Origin: Octopus sinensis
Taxonomy: Eukaryota
Length of the DNA: 64,000 bases
Assembly: GCF_006345805.1 (NCBI RefSeq)
Contig: NC_043000.1
Coordinates: 86,614,001-86,678,000, forward strand
Direction of reading: 5' to 3'
This document shows positions 13,968 to 28,816 of this stretch, piece after piece (within the stretch, counting starts at the first letter, position 1; the number at the start of each line of letters is the position of its first letter). The position numbers and the translations under genes are program-made. The notes under the pieces are model-generated. The model was not told the DNA's origin and did not search any database. It saw only the letters and a list, made by a program, of their open reading frames with translations.

Positions 13968-14389
13968 TGCTGGCTTAGCTGTGTGGTTAAGAAGTTTGCT
14001 TTCCAACCATGTAGTTTTAGTTCAGTCCAACTGTGCGGTACCTTGGGCGAGTTTCTTCTACAATAACCCTGGGTGGACCAAAGCTTTCTAAGTGGAAGGA
14101 AACTGAAAGAAGCCCACCATGTATGTATGTATGTATGTATTTAAATGTATATGTGTGTGCGTTTGTCTCCTTGTCTTGATATCGCATGTTTGTTGTAAAT
14201 GTTATTAATTTCCAATGAATTGCAAAAACATGTTTGACCATGGAGAAGTAGTACCTTGCTTAGAAACAAGTATAAGTTGGTGACAGGAAGGGCGTGTGTG
14301 TGTGTGTGGAGTGTCTGCATTAGTAAATTTCATCTGACTTGTACAAGCATGAAGTAGGCATTAAAACAACAATGGTGGTGATGATGATA
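13968..14389 (+). mobile_element. tRNA-headed SINE with (GAT)n tail
   Basis: Head gctgtgtggttaagaagtttgc, core ccttgggcgagtttcttcta, internal (TATG)n, then ggtgacaggaagggc and a ...gatgatgat tail. Sister plus-strand copies lie at about 17005-17413, 19275-19697 and 47480-47750. Confidence 0.82.
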
Positions 14390-16232
14390 TATATACAGAC
14401 ACACACACACACACACTTTTATAAGGTATTTAAGTTTTTAGATAGCTTTTGTTAGACATAGAGAAGTGTTCTTTTCCATTTTCTGCAAGGTTCAAAGTCT
14501 ATTTTCCATGCTGGTTGGATGGAAAAGCTTTGCCAATTTAGCATTCTCCACAATGAAATCTGAATATTTTAAGGTGCCACTTAATCACTTAGTCCTTCTT
14601 AGTCTTCCCTATCACAGCTATCTTTCATATCCACTTACAGTAATTTTTCTCCTGCATGTAACATTGTTCTGCATTTCATCTCCAAACTCATGCAGTTATT
14701 TCTCTTACATACATTAGATGACCTCTTTTGATGTGCAACCACTTTGTCAATTCACTTGCATTTAGCCTTTCATATAAATCAACATTACTTACCCATTTAG
14801 CAGTTAATTATATTTCATTGATTACAGCACCATTTCTTCTTTAGATTTGCTTTTATGTATAGAGAGAAGAGCTGTTTTTCCCAATACTTCTTTGATATGC
14901 TTTTGACCTTCTTTGACAATATTTAAAAGCCAGTAACACAAATTACTTCTAATGAAACAGTTGTATTGTTTACAAGTGTATACTTTCTCTTTCTCTCTTT
15001 CCCTCTCTCTCTCTCCTTGCTTGGCATTGTTATTGTTACTGCTGCTACTGATGATGATTGATTGCAATTAAAAAAAAAAAGATTTTAAAAATGTTCATCA
15101 AAATTATTGAGAACAATATCATGGGTTAAAAGTTAATTAAATAGGTTTGTCATGGTTATACACAACTTGCACTAAGCTACTCTACCACAAATTAAAGCTA
15201 TAATGTACAAGAGGAAGTGTAGCAAGTATACTAAAACATTTGTAGGGAGATATTAATTCATCTGAATTAAATATCTAGATGATATTTTAAATATCTAGTT
15301 AAAAATGAATGTTCTAACTCTGGAAAGCTGAAGTGTTCACAATATACAGACATTTTTTTCAACATTGTCACCATATCTACAGTGCTCTGCATAGTTCTTG
15401 GTGGAACTATATAAAATTGTTCATATGTAAAGACTGGGAAGAACAGATCTGTCTTGCTTGAAGACAGATATTGAGCTTTATTATTGACTATCATTGTGAA
15501 TGTCACTGGAACTGCAAGCTATAATTGTATGATATAATGAAGGGAAGTTTCGTTTCAGAGTCAAGAAGTTTGCAAATTGGTGCTTAATTATCCATCATTA
15601 TTTGAATGCTTTGGAAGATGTCCAGCGGATCTGAGAATTCACAAAAGTGCAATATTAAAATGAATAGAGCTTAAATTTAATGTGCAGAGTAAGTTCCAAA
15701 TTGAGAAGCATGATTTGCTTCCCCGTCAAATATACGACCCACTGTTTAAAGCAGCTTATTGCAATGTTTGGCATTGCTGTTCCTCAACAGTGTTAGCTTT
15801 TGAAATGAGTATTCCCCTATATTTACATAGTAAATCCATACAATTTCAAGAAGTACCAAAACTATAAAATAAATGCACTAATAGTTTTCCAAATATAACA
15901 TTTAAGAGAATTACTTCATATATATTTGACAATTTCCAGATTTTGAAATTATAGAAGACAGCATAATTGTAGAAATAGCTTGATAGAATTAAATAGTAAC
16001 TTATGTTAATATAATACCTGTGGAGAAACCATACACAGCCTTCCAAGCTGCTGGGTTTTTGTATCAAATTAGTTCAATTCCTATAAATACTTTCAGTGAG
16101 TTGTCAATAAAATTATCAATGAAAATCATTTTTTATTTATTTTGATTATAACAAGATTAGATTATAAATACCTTTTGAATTTCTTTAGGGTTGCCAAATC
16201 TAATAATGTGACCTTAGAAATAAAGATAAATA

Positions 16233-16462
16233 CTGGGTGTTCAAAAAGTCTCTCCACGGTAAGTATTTTATTGCAAAATAAAAATTTATAAGATGGTATA
16301 AGACTTCAAAAGAATATATTAGACTTTACAAGACTTTAAAAACTTTATAAGAGGTTTTGAAAGTGTCATCCTTCATTTTCAATACATAAGTCGACTCTTT
16401 TACACATGTTTTATGTTTTGCGAACTTATGTGTCACTGCAGAGAGACTTTTTGAACACCCTG
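16233..16462. mobile_element. Tc1/mariner-type MITE, about 230 bp
   Basis: Perfect 20-bp inverted match gggtgttcaaaaagtctctc / gagagactttttgaacaccc; TA at the left junction; non-coding AT-rich interior. Confidence 0.85.
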
Positions 16463-18559
16463 CATAATCAAACGTCTTAGGAAAGCTACATCCTAATCCA
16501 GAATGTCTTTGATTCCTTAAAGAGCTATAGACCCTTAATTGTTTTGCGTTCTATGCCAAATGTACTTATATCTGCTATTGATGATATAAATGAAACAGAG
16601 GATTAGCTATGAAAATATATTATTACAAATGGCAGACCTGTGGAATATGTTTTCAAGATTCATAAATATTTTTGAAAACACTTTACTACATTATTAAAAA
16701 GGGCAAAGATACTAATGCAGTTGTAGGAGCTGTGAGAAAATTGGAGTGTTTCTTCATAAAACATTTTAACTTCATGACAGATCAAATATTAGATTTATTC
16801 ATGTTTGACAATAAAAACCATGAAGAAAAATTTAAAAACAAAATTGTTTGCTAGAGAATTGAGTTTTCCCTTCTTTCATAAACTATAACCTATAGACCAG
16901 GTTCTGTCTTGTATTGTTATTTTAACAGCTATAAATTTAGAATTATTTCATAACTTTACACTATATCCAAATATAAGAATCCTGCATTTTAGAGAGTGCA
17001 TAGATGCTAGTGTAGTTATGTGGTTAAGAAGCTTTTCCCCAATCATGTAGTCTCTGAGTCAGTCTCACTGTGTAGGACCTTGGGTAAAGTGTCTTCTACC
17101 GTAGCTCTAGTCTGACCAAAGACTTGTGAGTGGATTTGGGAGATGGAATCTGAAAATAGCTTGACATGTGTGTGAACCCATCTTAGATTCATGTCATGGT
17201 TGTAAATAAGCATCATTGTTATACAAGTTTTGTTGCTCATTTGCAATCTTCCATGAAAAATATGTTTGAGCTGGAGAAATATTACCTTGCTTAGAAAGAA
17301 GTGAGATTTGCTGACAGGAAGGCATCTAACCACAGAAAAGCTGCCAAAAGGTTGCCTCTACAAAACTCTGACCTATGCAAGCATGGAAAAGGGGACATTA
17401 AAGTGATGATGATATAACCTGTCATTTTCTGCTGAATAATTAACAATAAGTTTGCACCTATTTCTATGTCTAGAATAAAATTAAATCTGGCTTTTATTTT
17501 TCAGTGGATACTTTTCTTATGAAAGTTATCCATCCATTTGAATGTATCACTATAGACCTTGTTTTAATAATTTGAATGTATACTTATATAAGTGGTTTTT
17601 CTCATTTTCCATTTGCTTTTCTATGCCATGCTACAAATGCTTTCAGCTGTTAGAAAGTACCAAATTCATTTCTTCACTACTTCTGGAATGGCATTGTTTC
17701 TTCATTCAGATTGGAAAGCCTTCATTGTGTTGGAGTTAAAACAACTAAATAGCCATGAGATATTTTTACAAAATGTAGAACCACTATATAATCCCTTTGA
17801 AAACCTGCATAGTAAAAGGTATAATGGTGTTATTTGGAACCTTATAAAGTTAGTTATTGAAAGACTATATGATCATTGTTGTGTACAGCTACCAATGAGA
17901 GAAACTTATGAAAGATTCTTTCTATTTTCTAGAAACTTCAATAAGATCAACATTCCTCACTTGGCTTTCTAAATCATAGTGTCTATGTCTCATCATGTAC
18001 ATATATTTCAGATTTGAATCACTAGTGGAATCCATTGAAATTATGGAGGGTAAATCCAAATTACACTCATAATAGGTTCATAAATGGTAAAGAAGACATG
18101 GCTTCTACAAAAGAAATAGCTCCTTGAGGATATGATGAGCATCAAACTATTCACAAAACAGGCTGTTCAAACTGAAGCAATAAATAGGCTGCTGTTTTTG
18201 AAGAAAATAGATCAAAAGCACTTTATTTCCATGGATATATACCCTTGCGTACATCTTAGTCCTAACCCTGCTGTGGATATCTTCCACTAAGGCTTCTAGC
18301 AATATAGAGTTGCTTTTATATTGATATAATGATTATATCTGGAATGTTCTTAACTCAAAGATGAAAGAGAAGAGTTGTTTTGTGCATACATTCAACCAAT
18401 ATCAACATGAAAAAAAATGGATTAATCTAATAATGGTGAAAGCATAGAAATTGAATTTTTCTCAGATTGTAAAAAAAAAAAAATGTTATTTTGTGTTCTT
18501 TGAAGTTAATCTTACTCATTAGATCTTACCAAAAGTTAAAAATGAGAAACTTTTTGCAA

Positions 18560-18800
18560 GTTTTAACTTCTTTGGACAAATCAGCTTTTTATGTAGATAA
18601 AGTCATCATGATGCAAGTTTTTACTTTGTATTTTTCATGATGGTTCTAATTGTTGTTGTGACCAAGATGGAGTTACCCCAAATGTCTGACATTGACCAGC
18701 TTTCAAATAACCACAACACTTGCAGTTTTACATTCACCATGATGTTTTTCCTTTTCTGTGGCATTTTAGAGGTACTTTCGTACAATTCTGTGAATAATGT
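18560..18800 (-). mobile_element. pogo/Tigger transposase N-terminal (CENP-B-type HTH) fragment
   Basis: KRKNIMVNVKLQVL...TTTIRTIMKN; resembles the N-terminus of the relic at 41950-43300. Confidence 0.6.
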
Positions 18801-19833
18801 GGGTGTTTGTGGATGTATGCATGAGTGCAAATAATTTTTTCATTATATGTTAGCTTACAATTATAATAATTAAAGATTACTGTCTCACTGAAAATATTAA
18901 GAAAAGACAATACTAAAGAATTAGTGCTAAATGGAGTTTGTGTTCAAAAGTATAACTGCATTAACAACATATTACTTATGAATGTAATTTTAGTCTTAGA
19001 ATGGGTTTTTACTAAAATTTAGGCTTTCTTTCTAGTCTTAATTGATAAGGAGTTAGAGTATATATTTTGATAAAGTATTTTTATCTGGATCTTTTCATGA
19101 AAACACTGGGAGAATTCTTGAAATCTAAAGCTAGTTATTCTTAGAATGACAGTTAAATTGAAATTTTCTTTAATTATTGAGACAATAATATAAATATAAA
19201 AATTTTTTTTGTTAACATTGGAAAAGGGCAGAATCATTTGAGATATTATGTAATACATGCAAGCATGACTCAGTGCAGACATGACTGTATGGTTGAGAAG
19301 TTTACTTCCCAACCACATGATTTGGGGTTCAGTTCCTCTTCATGGCACTTTGGGCAAGTGCCTTCTACTATAGCTCTAAGCTAACTAAAGCTTTTTGAGT
19401 GAATTTTGGGGATGAAAACTGAAAGAAGCCAAACACACACATAATGTATACATGTGTGTATTTGTGTCTCCTTGCCTTTATATCACATAATAGTTGTAAA
19501 AGAGTGTCATTTTTATACATACAGTGCCATTTGTTTCTAATATTCTGCGAAAACATGTTTGGGTATGGGAAAATAGTACCTTGCATGGGAACAGGTGGTG
19601 GTTGGCAACAAGAAAGGCATCCATCTATAGAAAACCTGTCCCCAAACTCCATTTGACCCATGCAAGCATAGAAAGTATACATTAAAATGATGATAATTCT
19701 CTAACCCTAAACTTTTATCTGGAAGGGAAGAATTTATTGACAAAATGATATGTTAATGTATACTGACAAGATCATGCAAAAATAGGGAATGAGCGACAGA
19801 TAAACATTAATATATATATATACATATATATAC

Positions 19834-19899
<66 letters not shown>

Positions 19900-21089
19900 A
19901 AGGAAGAGTTCTAGCATATTCAGATTTTCCTTATTTATTGGTAATTTTGTGAAGTTTTAAAGTTACATGCTGTGTATTGTTTCATGAGGTAGAACTAATT
20001 AAATATGTTGTACAGCCATTGATGGTTCAGCATTGAGTAAAAATGTTCCCCTCTTTTTATAAAAGAGTTGCATGGAAAGTATTTTCATTCTGTGGCAAAG
20101 ACTCATAGATAGTGAATGTGTATAATCAGAATGATTAGAACTAAATATGTTCTGCTTGCAAGAGTCAAAACTGATTAATGCAGAAGTGGTGATTGATTCA
20201 TGATTATGCAATGTGATGCATGATGGAAAATACTGTGATCTAGTGGTATAAGATCTAGTGTAGAGGATAAAAGAAAGCTATAAATGAAGGGTTAAGTAAA
20301 TAGGCTGAATGTTAGATGAAAGGTCATACAATTCAGACGTAAAGAATTGAATTCTTTACATCTGAATTGTTATTAAATTCTTATACCATCATAGAAATAG
20401 ATGTAAAAATCATGGTTTCAGTGTAAATTTTATATGAAGCTGTTAGTTTCAATAATTGTTCTTTTTAGCTAGTCAGATGAATAAAGATTATGAGAGGAAA
20501 CTATGACTCCTTGATAACTACATTAGTCAACACAAAGATATTGAGTCAGTTTCAAGATTTAAAACTAGTCAGAATGTTTGTAACAACGTGGATTCTGCTA
20601 AAGACATCTAAGAGCCAAGGAGCGATGTTAACCTTTTTGGTACCATATTTCTGTTGAAATACATTGCCCTTGTTTTAATTCATTTTGAAAATAATGAAGA
20701 TTCTAGAACTTTGTCATAAATAGTATGTTGGAAGGTTTTAATTTAGATGACTTGAAAACAGGAAGTTTGAATCATCGAATGAGGGGCAATCTCATGTAGT
20801 TTGAGATCAAAAACGTTAAATCGGGTGGTAAGATTAGATCTACTGGCAAAGATACAGTTTGAAATTCTACACTTTTGACTTACCTGCTCTCACAGTCAAA
20901 GCTCATGGTGACTTGAGAGTATGGTAAAATACATTTGCTCAAGGTGTCACATATTAATCTCAAAGCCAGAACTATGTGATTGCTAAGGGAACTTCTTAAC
21001 TTGGCGAACACATTTGTAATTATTATTACAGTTGGTCATTAATGTAGTTTCAGAAAGAAAATGAGCTGTCAAACATGGAGTTTTAGTTG

Positions 21090-21126
<37 letters not shown>

Positions 21127-21254
21127 TATAGTGATGAAAACTTGATCCAACCTCTGGAAGAAACCTTGAACCAGTAAAATGTGTACAAAGTGCTAGAATG
21201 CTGGGGTGACAATTCATGTATCTCTATTTGTGTATCAGTAGTATCAGTTTATGT

Positions 21255-21575
21255 GAAGACATGAAGCTTAGTGGCTGAGTATTCAAATCATGATCATAGG
21301 GGTGTGAGTTTAATTCTTGGTCACTTGTTGTATCCTTGAGCAAGACACTTCATGTTGCTCCGATTCACTCAGTTGGCAAAAATGAATTGTACTTGTATTT
21401 CAAAGGGCCAGCCTTGTCACATTCTATGTTATGCTGAATTTTCCTCTGAGAACTACATTAAGGGTATACATGTCTATGGAGTGCTCAACCACTTGCACAT
21501 TAATTTTATGTGTTTGTTGGCTGTTCTGTTGATCGGATCAGCTGGAATCCTTATCGTAACCAACAGAGTGCCAGT
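21255..21575 (+). mobile_element. Second tRNA-derived SINE family
   Basis: Head gcttagtgg...gtgagtttaattc, core ttgtatccttgagcaagacactt, and a body distinct from the other SINEs ending caacagagtgcca. Confidence 0.7.
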
Positions 21576-21739
21576 TATAGTCTCAATACTAATCTATCAA
21601 TAGTGAGGTTAATTGATTCTATGATGGTATTTCACTAGATATTTTTAGCAATAACTGTTAAATAGTTGAAATACTGGCCTTTAAAGGTGGACAGCTGAGG
21701 ATGTATCCCATCATGGCATTATTGCTATTTTGTGTTTAA

Positions 21740-21957
21740 CCCTTTTGTTACCAACCTGGCTGAAACTGGTTCTGGCTCAGTACAAATGTCTTGTTTCTAT
21801 AAGTATTGAATTAAAATCTTCCACCGAACCTTAGTCACAATATATGTTCTTAACACTAGCTTAATGATAACTGTGTTATTTTACTAAATTCTTTATTATA
21901 TTTGTTACAATTAAAACAAACACAAAGCATCTCAAAATAAATACGGTAACAAAAGGG
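21740..21957. mobile_element. piggyBac-type MITE (218 bp) with TTAA target duplication
   Basis: TTAA|CCCTTTTGTTACC ... GGTAACAAAAGGG|TTAA, a perfect 13-bp TIR. Older copies lie at about 3950-4180, 20628-20820, 26636-26775, 43483-43702 and 62260-62478. Confidence 0.92.
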
Positions 21958-24900
21958 TTAATACTAAACTCTTCTTTCCCCACGTAACTATCTGTAGGAC
22001 AAGTATATAAAATGATCAGTGTTGGAATGCTGAATTGATGAGTGAAAAATATATTTTCATGCAAGAATAGACTGGATCAGTTTTGAAATGAGGCTACAGT
22101 GCCTGAGGATAATGTGCTAAATTTCTAGCAGTGTGTTTCACTATTAGGCAAGGTTTTATTCATTCAATGTATCTGAAAATAGGTAACACTTAAAAATCCC
22201 ATTTTCAAACAAATCATGCAAAATGTTAGATTGTGCTAAGCTATCTCAGAAATTGGATATTAAATAGTTTGCTGGCAAGTGCATTTATGTATAAACTTTT
22301 TTTAAATAATTTTTTACCCCATTTCCCCACTTCAACTTTTTTTTTCTTTACTCGTTTTTACAATGTCGATTCGTTTAATATGTATAGAATTCTATATGGT
22401 GATACTCTCTATATAATAACTATTGAACTTTTTTTTTTGATCATTTGTTATTGATTTATGGCATTCAAAAAATGTTATTGCCTCTTTGTGTTTTGCTTGC
22501 ATCCATCAAGTAAGATTTTCTCCTAGCCCTATTATGTAAGATATTAAAATCCACTGCATAGAAAGCAGATTTATTTGTGAAATGATGTTTGTTAAAAAGC
22601 ATCCTGCTGATTTTGTCAAAGCATATTAAAATTGGTATCTGCCTTAAGTGTTATTAAAATGTGTTAATTTGTTTCTCTTAGGTGAAGAAGAAAATTGGAG
22701 CAAATTTCATATATACATTTTTGGATATGAGGTTAACATATTTGACTACTAACTCATAGAGTCATTATCTTGTACTCCATAACTATGCTGTCAACCAAGT
22801 TTCTTCTCCTATTTCACTGTTGACTGTTTTGTCTTACAAAGGTATACAATTTTAAAATATATAACTGTTCCAACAAAATGCAAGTTTTCAAAATTGTGAA
22901 AGTATACTACTTTTGCTGAAATGGAATGTCAAAATAAAAAATTACATTTTAAAAATTAGAAGTTTCATAGAGGTTGGAGATTTTTGTTAAATAATTTTAA
23001 ATGGTATGTGGCATTACCATATTTTGTGATACAACTGTCTTTTGCAGTATTATATTTTGTGATGTTACCATCTTTTGTAATGGTAGGAAAGTTGAAAGTT
23101 CTGTATGAGAGCCATCTTCTAGAAAGGGTTCAGATTTGAGTTGATATTGCTTAAATATGAAAAACTGAGATCTACAAAGATTATGATGTAATTTGGTTGG
23201 AATTTGAAATAATGTGAAATAAAGTGGTGATTGGCACTTATGGGTATAGATTTTTGTTGCAAACTCTGATAGTACAATCCACAAATTTCTCTGGTATTAT
23301 TGGAGGGTACTAATTTCTGTGTGATAGTCCAATGATTTGTAGTTATTTGATTTCATATAAATTTATGATAACTTATATAACTATGTACACCTGTCATGTG
23401 ATGATATTCTATCTATATCAGAGATGTAGCTTTTTGTGATAGATTGCTGTTTATTTGAATGGGTATATACTTCAGTGTTGTGTTTTCTTTCCTAGTCAAG
23501 GTCTTGGACATAAGTTAGATTTTCCATATAATGGGAGATGAATTAGTTTTCCCTGAATTGGCTATTAACAATTCAATAGCAATAATCACTTGTAATTATC
23601 TTTATTATGCACTTCTTTGGGAACATTTAGAATTTTCTTCCTCAGATTATGGTTTGTCATTTATATTTGAACCTTTGCAACCTAAAGTAAAAATGTTTTA
23701 AAGGAGATTAAGAACAATATCAGGACAAAAAAAAAGAAAAAACAGCACAGAAGTTCCTTTGCTTGCTCATGGATCTGATAGCCTAACCCTTTTGACTCCA
23801 AGATTTCACCCCTGGTTCTATGATTAGTATAACCTTAAATTTATCCTTACAGATTAGATTATGTTAAGTCAGCGTTTGAAATAAGCAGTTTCTTTTATCG
23901 TTTTGCTTTCATTCTTGAATCTTAAAAACCACTTGTACTTTCCTGCTAGTACATTTTCACTATATTTAATTATATTGCAAGTGTTATTTTGGAGGAAGGC
24001 GTATTGATGTGAAGATTTAAGGTTTTCAAGGGTATGCCAAACAAAGAATAGTGCAGGCTTTCAGAGATACTGTGGTCTTAACAGGAAAATTATTGGCTGC
24101 TGCAATATACTTGTATGCTTATACAATTCCATATTGATTGTAGAATACTGAAAACATTTGATAAACTGTATCATGTACCTCACTTAAATATAAATATTGA
24201 TTTTTCTGTGATCTAAAGCACTATTTTGCCAATAGTATCGCTGATTTTCAGTACTTATTTATAGCAAAGATTTAGATGTCACATCATGGTATCACCTATT
24301 ATGGGAGCCATGTTTAATTATTCGTGATTTGATTCAAACTTAAAAGCTAGTGTGAAGCATTACATATAACTGCAGTCTGCATTGTACTCTACACATAGTA
24401 ACCAGTATGTATATTGAGATGGGAAATTGTTAAATATCTTCATCTTTTGTGAATGCAAACATCACAACCTCCTATTCCCCACTTCCTTGTATCTCATATC
24501 TGCCAAAAATTTGTAAATATAAATTCAAACAAAACCAACCCAATAGTTTTGTTATTATAGCTAAGTGGTTGAAGTGGTAAGCTTCGGATCCAAAGAACAT
24601 AAATTCTAATCCTGTCATTAGCTTTGCATTAAAAGCTTTTCACTCTTAGGATTAATCCCCTATGTTTAGTAGTCATATTGAAAGTTACTATAGAATTACT
24701 GCATGAAAAGTTATAGGGTTCAGCATGTCACTAGCCTTACATTGTAGTTAAAACAAAATACTTAACTTGAATCACTTTACTTAGAAATGGTATGCTAGCC
24801 ACTTTACAGTTGTATGATATGCAGCCATAAAATAGGAACTTAACTTAGTTATGCAAATGCTAAACCAAGCCAATAAAAAGTCATGTGAAAAGAACATCTT

Positions 24901-27059
24901 AAGTTTAACCTCCAAAACATTTTACACAATTTTTAAATATTCCATAAGGCTGATTTTAGTGTACTCTTGGGTTTTTATTTTTCCATTGAATATAATTATA
25001 TTGTTTTTCTTCTTTTTGTTGTTGAAAACCCACTAAAATAATTGATTTTGCAGAGAGGTCTTTTGTCTTCTAAGTTATAAAGTTTGTTTTTGATGTACAG
25101 TAATTTAAATAAATATGTATTTCTAAATGATATACTACTTACTCTCTCTCTCTCACACACACACACAAAGTTTCACTAATACAGTATACTTAATTTCACT
25201 TTGCATCATGTTCAATGTATCTAGATTTAAATCATGTCTTGTTTATAAATTCAGAAGTCAGTTAACTGTTCTCTTTGCATTACTGAAATATCCAATAAAG
25301 CCAAGCTTAATTAAGCCCTCTGCATCATTAAATTCTTCGTGTTTATTTTTTTCATGTTGAATTGATTCTCCATAAAACGATTCAATTAGCATGGCTGAAT
25401 TTCAGAATCATATAGCTCCTTTTGTGCTATGTTAAAATCTTAGATATGTATTTTTATATTGAAACTGATAGAACTTGTTAACCTTCTTTGATTTTGAATT
25501 ATCTCTTTCTAGAACTGTTTCTCGGAAGCTATATAATTATAAGTTGTAATTGATTGAGACTGATAATAATTATGTACAAAGAACAGTTCATATTTCATGT
25601 TAATAATCTATTTGTCCTTTTACCTATTACTCACTGGTAACAAGTAAAGATTGAAAGACTGTAGGAAATAGATAAATCCTGTTTGTTACTGAGCCAAATA
25701 TATTGATATTTTCATACATGAAGAAAAAGATTTCAAAATAGTCTTTATTGCAAGACAGTATAGTTATGCTGTTGGACAATCTTTTGAAAGATGATCTTTG
25801 CAACAATATTATTTTCAATATTACATTACTTTTAAAAAGAATGATGAGAAAACTGTAATTGTCATCTTAAGAAATTATAATTAGCAAGAATTTTGATTTG
25901 ATATTATCACCACCATTATCATTTAATGTCCACTCTTCCATGCTTGCATGGTAATGCTCATTTACAACCATCACTTGATATCAAGACAAGAGTGCACAGA
26001 CATATGTACATAGATATACATGCATATGACTGGCTTCTTTCAGTTTCCATCTTCCAAATTCACTCACAAGGTTATGGTCACCTTGAAGTAACCACACAAA
26101 TATGCCAGGGAAGACTATTTTAAATCTTAATGGTTTATTATATTTTAAGAGTTAGTTATCAATGAACTGAAATGTTTATTGAATATTAACATTCCAAATC
26201 TTGATAGAACCAATATCTTCATTTCACAGAAGACAGCATTATTTGAAATAAAAACTTTAAATTTATTACTACTTCAGATTTTGTGACATTTCATTTAATA
26301 TGACAGTTCACTGTGAAATTGTTTATGATTTAGTAATGTCTTGCAATTTAGTTTTGAGATATGTGGCATATATTAGGAAGGGTTTAACAATTGCCTGCAA
26401 AATCATACACTTTGAAGTTAAAGTTTGTGAAACAAAGAATCTGAAAATGTTAAAATGTAATATTCAAGTCTTGTAGAATAACTTATATTATTGTTTTTTT
26501 ATATTGGTCATGTCTCATTTTGAACAATAATTAGTCTGAGCAAATATTTCTGATGTCTACTTAATAAGTCATTTGCAAATAAATTTGTAGTGCATCACAC
26601 AGCATTTTTGGACAATTTGAAGCTTAAGGTATTTTTGATCCTTTTGACACCAGCCCACCTGAGACTGCCCCTATTTTAGATTGATCTAAATTTAAACCTT
26701 CCATCAGAATTTCTTAATTTATGTTCCAAATATCAGCTTAATGATAACAAATTTATTTTAGGAAATTGTTCATTATTTTCAAAATCAATTGAAACACACA
26801 AAGTATATTTCAGTGAAATATGGCAACAACTTTAACTTCAGTGTGAAAAATAAATTGGTTACACTGCAAGTGGCCACTCGTTTTTAGCATTTTAGACCTT
26901 CATCCGAGAAATCTCGACTCCAATCATTATTATTGGGCCTGCTGAAATGAATGAGCTCTCTGTAGAGCATTTTGCCTGTGATCAACATTTTCACTCTACC
27001 TAACATGCTGAGCATTCATTTGAACTATGGTCTTCCCATTTCCATACTGAGCATATTTC

Positions 27060-27193
27060 ATTAGGAAGGGCATCCAGCTGTAGAAACTTTGCCAGATCAG
27101 ATTGGAGACTGGTGCAGCCTTCTGGCTCGCCAGCCCCCAGTCAAACCGTCCAACCCATGCCAGCATGGAAAGAGGACATTAAACAATGATGAT
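27060..27193 (+). mobile_element. RTE-LINE 3'-end fragment
   Basis: ttaggaagggcatccagctgtagaaac...ccaacccatgccagcatggaaa...gatgat, close to the reverse complement of 52002-52140. Confidence 0.85.
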
Positions 27194-27729
27194 ACACACA
27201 CACACATCCTTTAATTTCATTTACGGGAACTGTTTTTGAGTATGCATATAAAAGCTATTTTGTTATGTCAGCTACCATCTAATACCAACCAGCAATATCT
27301 TTTTTATGAGGTGTGCCAATATAATGTAGGATAAATATAGTAATGATAATAATAATCCACTGATGGAATTTGTAAATATTTCGATGCATCGCTACGTGTG
27401 TTTCCTCAAATTGCCTGTTTCTTGTGATTGTCCATATTCCTAGGATGATTATATGTCATCTGAGGAAATGGACACATGGATATGATCCACCCACTGTCCA
27501 TCGATGCTATGGAGTGTACAGTAATAAAATATTTTTAAATGTTTATAAATTCCATCAATGGATTATTATTATTCCACCAAGGTTGATTTTGCCTTTGGTC
27601 CTTTCAGAGTTGATAAATTAAGTACCAGTGAAACACTGGGATTGATGTAATCGACTAGTCCTCTCCTCCAAAATTTCAGAGCTTATACCTATAGTAGAAA
27701 GGATTTTTATATGTGTGTGTGTATTGTTT

Positions 27730-27945
27730 CCCCTTAGCATTTATATTACTCTGTCAGATATATTTCTTTATTCATGTTGTTTTGAATTAATCATACATTA
27801 CCTCCACAGTTTTGATATTTTGATGATGTGATTGATTTTTAGAAAGGTATTTTAGAGTAGGTGTGAGAGGCCAGATCTGGCTGGTTTGAGCATAAAACAG
27901 GTAGAATATTTTGGTTGGATATGACTGCTTTAAATGCTAAAGGGA
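27730..27945. mobile_element. Second piggyBac-like MITE family
   Basis: cccttagcattt ... aaatgctaaaggg termini; a second copy at about 45066-45281 ends aaagggttaa. Confidence 0.7.
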
Positions 27946-28816
27946 CATGTATATGTATGTATATATATATATATATGTATGTATGCATCAGTTGGTTGTC
28001 CATAAGTCAGAAAAAATGCCCATTCAATATGAGAAATAAATGGTTATATTTCTGTATCATTGAGCTGTATATTATTGGTTATGACGTATAACTCTAACAT
28101 TTTGAAACCTGACATCATTTGCGAGTCTCACAATCTGTTTCTGAATTTGATATAAACTTTCTTTGCTGTATAAAGAGATAATGCATCATAAACATCAAGC
28201 AATTTGGGATAAGTTCACCCCTTATGTTGATGATGATAAAGTGCAAGATAGAAAATAGTGTCCCTCATCCTCTCAGTAACTTTCATCCCACTACCACTCA
28301 TCAGTCAGTAGTCAACATCTTTTGTTGTAAGTATATACCCAACAACAGTATTACAATTCTTATTTATTCCCAAATGTATTTCACTTCAGATGTTATAATG
28401 TATACTAATTGTATTGTGTATGTTAAAAAATTTTCATGCATAAAAGTGGCTGTGTTGATTTTTTAAAACTTTTTTTATTTACTTTTTTGAAAATACCATC
28501 AAGAAGAAAGCGATTGAAAATGTGCTTTGGTGAGAGAGAATGTGAGTGAACATTAGTGTGGGGGGAGGGGTAAGTATTATATAGTCAGTGTGAGTGGGTA
28601 AGTGAAATTTGGGTTATTGCAGCAAATAAATTATTTCTATATGTATGTCCTTATTGGTTATATCGTTCCTCAAATCATCAGTTTTGATTCTGCTGCTACA
28701 ATTATATGCTTCATTTTTATAACATGTGAATCAATAGGGAGATTAATTTTGTGTTGCATGATTTGACAGTAGAAGTTTTATGGGAACACATAACTTCTGT
28801 AATGTAAGTGATATAT

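Noticed and set aside
22682-22731. Acceptor-like ttgtttctcttag followed by purine-rich sequence
   Set aside because: No convincing donor, stops follow shortly, and there is no similarity to a convertase or any protein I recognise.
24555-24620. tRNA-like sequence (tagctaagtggttgaag...ttctaatcctg)
   Set aside because: No complete cloverleaf; consistent with a decayed SINE head, as are the other A/B-box hits.
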